Shown here: in pieces, positions 62,401 through 64,000 of the stretch | Position numbering within the stretch: the stretch's first letter is position 1 | Layout of the letters: the number at the start of each line of letters is the position of its first letter | Assembly (NCBI GenBank): GCA_030390025.1 | Contig: JASTWF010000035.1 | Span: forward strand, 2,914,001-2,978,000 | Origin: Squalus acanthias | Lineage: Eukaryota | Reading direction: 5' to 3' | DNA length: 64,000 nt | The notes under the pieces: model-generated | Told to the model about the DNA's origin: nothing | What the model saw: the letters and a program-made list of their open reading frames with translations, nothing else | Databases searched by the model: none | Position numbers and translations under genes: made by a program

Positions 62401-63253
62401 CGGCGCCTGGACCGACCGACTTCCGTGGGTCCTCCTCGGTCTGCGCACCGCGGTTAAAGAAGACCTACACGCATCGGCAGCAGAGCTCGTGTACGGTCAG
62501 CCGCTGCGCGTACCCGGCGAGTTCCTGCCCACCGCCACGACACCCTGGTCAGCCGACCAGCAACGCCACGACTTCGCCTCACCGGCGCTGCAGTTCGCCC
62601 CGGTGCCCATTGCCCGACACGGCGAATCCACCTCACACGTCCCACTAAGCCTGCACCAGGCACGGTTTGTTTTCGTCCGGCACGACGCCCACCGCGGACC
62701 CCTTCAACCCCCGTACGACGGGCCCTACAAGGTGCTACAGGCTGGGGACAAATTTTTCACCCTGCAAGTGGGCGACAGGACCGAAAAAGTGTCGGTGGAC
62801 CGACTCAAGCCAGCACACTCGGAGCCCGGGGAGCAGGTCCCTGTAGCTCGTCCACCTCCACGCGGCCGACCTGCCCTCAAGCCAGTTCACCCAGCTGCTC
62901 CACGCCCGGCCGTTCCACGTCCACCGGCGTCCTACAAGAGCCGCTCCGGCCGGCCCATCAGACCGCCGCACCATCTCGTCCACACCTCCTAAGCGGATTC
63001 TGGGGGGAGCTGTGTGGCGGATCGCCACCTAAAATGGGCATAATCCACTCTTCCGTCTGTGGACAAATTTCCAACACCTTCCCCTTTAAGGCACATTACC
63101 TTTAAGGCAGAAGGGGGCGGGGCCTCAGGTTTTACCCAGAGAATTCTGGGAGCAGCTCTCTCAGCCATTTTGTGTGCCATGCAGTGAATTAAAGTTTCCT
63201 TGTTTTCCACATATGGATTCAGCCTCCATTCGTGTTTCGCGGCAGCCTTAACA
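59434..63253 (+). mobile_element. Ty3/Gypsy LTR retrotransposon, CsRn1-like, internally deleted
   Basis: LTRs 59434-59697 and 63013-63253 (TG..CA), TSD AGGC, PBS TGGTGACCCCGACG (tRNA-Trp type) at 59699-59712, G-rich PPT before 63013. Confidence 0.95.
59738..62992 (+). pseudogene. gag-pol (Gag, PR, RT, RNase H, IN) with frameshift and deletion
   Basis: KLPEFW..PEAWF, CYYHARFGARAQRC..PC, FLCDTGA, CGDYRRLN, YLDD after a frameshift at ~61308, TTDASD, deletion at ~61930, HVDIVGPLP, SDRGPQF, NGLCERFHR, PYDGPY. Confidence 0.93.
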
Positions 63254-64000
63254 AGGCTATCTTAACTTGTGCGAATTCTAACACAGTAGTGAGATGGATA
63301 ATGCTGGTCTGATGCACTGGCACCAAGACCAGTGTCCACAAATTGGGGGCTACAACCTAGCATCACTCAGTAACGCAAGGTCAGCCAATTTAAATATCAT
63401 GAAAGCTAGCTGTCTTTGAAGCTGTACCCAGCAATAAAATAGTTCCATTTCTCATCTGGCCTACCTTGAAGTACCCATTTCAAATGGGCATTGAGTATTT
63501 GGAACGCTTTTCAAGTGCTCCAGGCACATTGTGATGCTTCTCCCTCATTGGGGGATTACTGAACATTGTGTACAACCTGTATGCTGGTTCTATGCACTCA
63601 AAGCATTTATGGCCTATTTGTTATACATACTCCAGTGTAATAGTGTGGGTGTCAGGTCTGTGTGCCAAATAACCTGATACCTGAAGTGCAATGGTGCTTT
63701 CCAGTGCATTACCAGCCCCTTATTCTAGCAGGTAAATGTAAGGGTCAATTGGGGAGCATTTCCTTGCTGGCAGCAGATGAGTCCTATGGAATTAAATGGG
63801 TAACCCTCAGCCTTGAACTCCTTATTCAGTGGGAACAAATGTTTTACCTATTTTGAAGGCCATGCTCCTAGTGTGCACTGGCCTCATTAACCCCATGAAA
63901 GCATTACAATTAATCCCACGACAAATTTCCCATGCTCTTCTGCAATGCTACTCCTGCTTTGCTAAGGGCTGATATAAAAGGGGCACTGGGAGGTGATCCA

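Overview
Repeat-dense eukaryotic DNA, most likely from a cartilaginous fish (shark or ray), inferred from HE1-like V-SINEs, Deu-core SINEs and many CR1 copies. Most of the window is nested transposable elements and satellites. Main items: (1) a complete but decayed retrovirus-like provirus at 10921-18778 (-) with TG..CA LTRs, 4-bp TSD, tRNA-Pro PBS, coiled-coil Gag, PR-RT-tether-RNase H-IN and an env transmembrane remnant behind a splice acceptor, most consistent with a lokiretrovirus-like lineage; (2) a Penelope-like element in inverted configuration with a 14-bp TSD, plus two miniature derivatives, together carrying five minimal hammerhead ribozyme motifs with stem covariation; (3) an ORF1-less LINE with a tRNA-type Pol III head, and its short SINE-like form nearby; (4) a GC-rich CsRn1-like Gypsy element; (5) phase-compatible small exons of two putative tandem host membrane or secreted protein genes on the + strand. 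All calls were made by eye; no searches were run.
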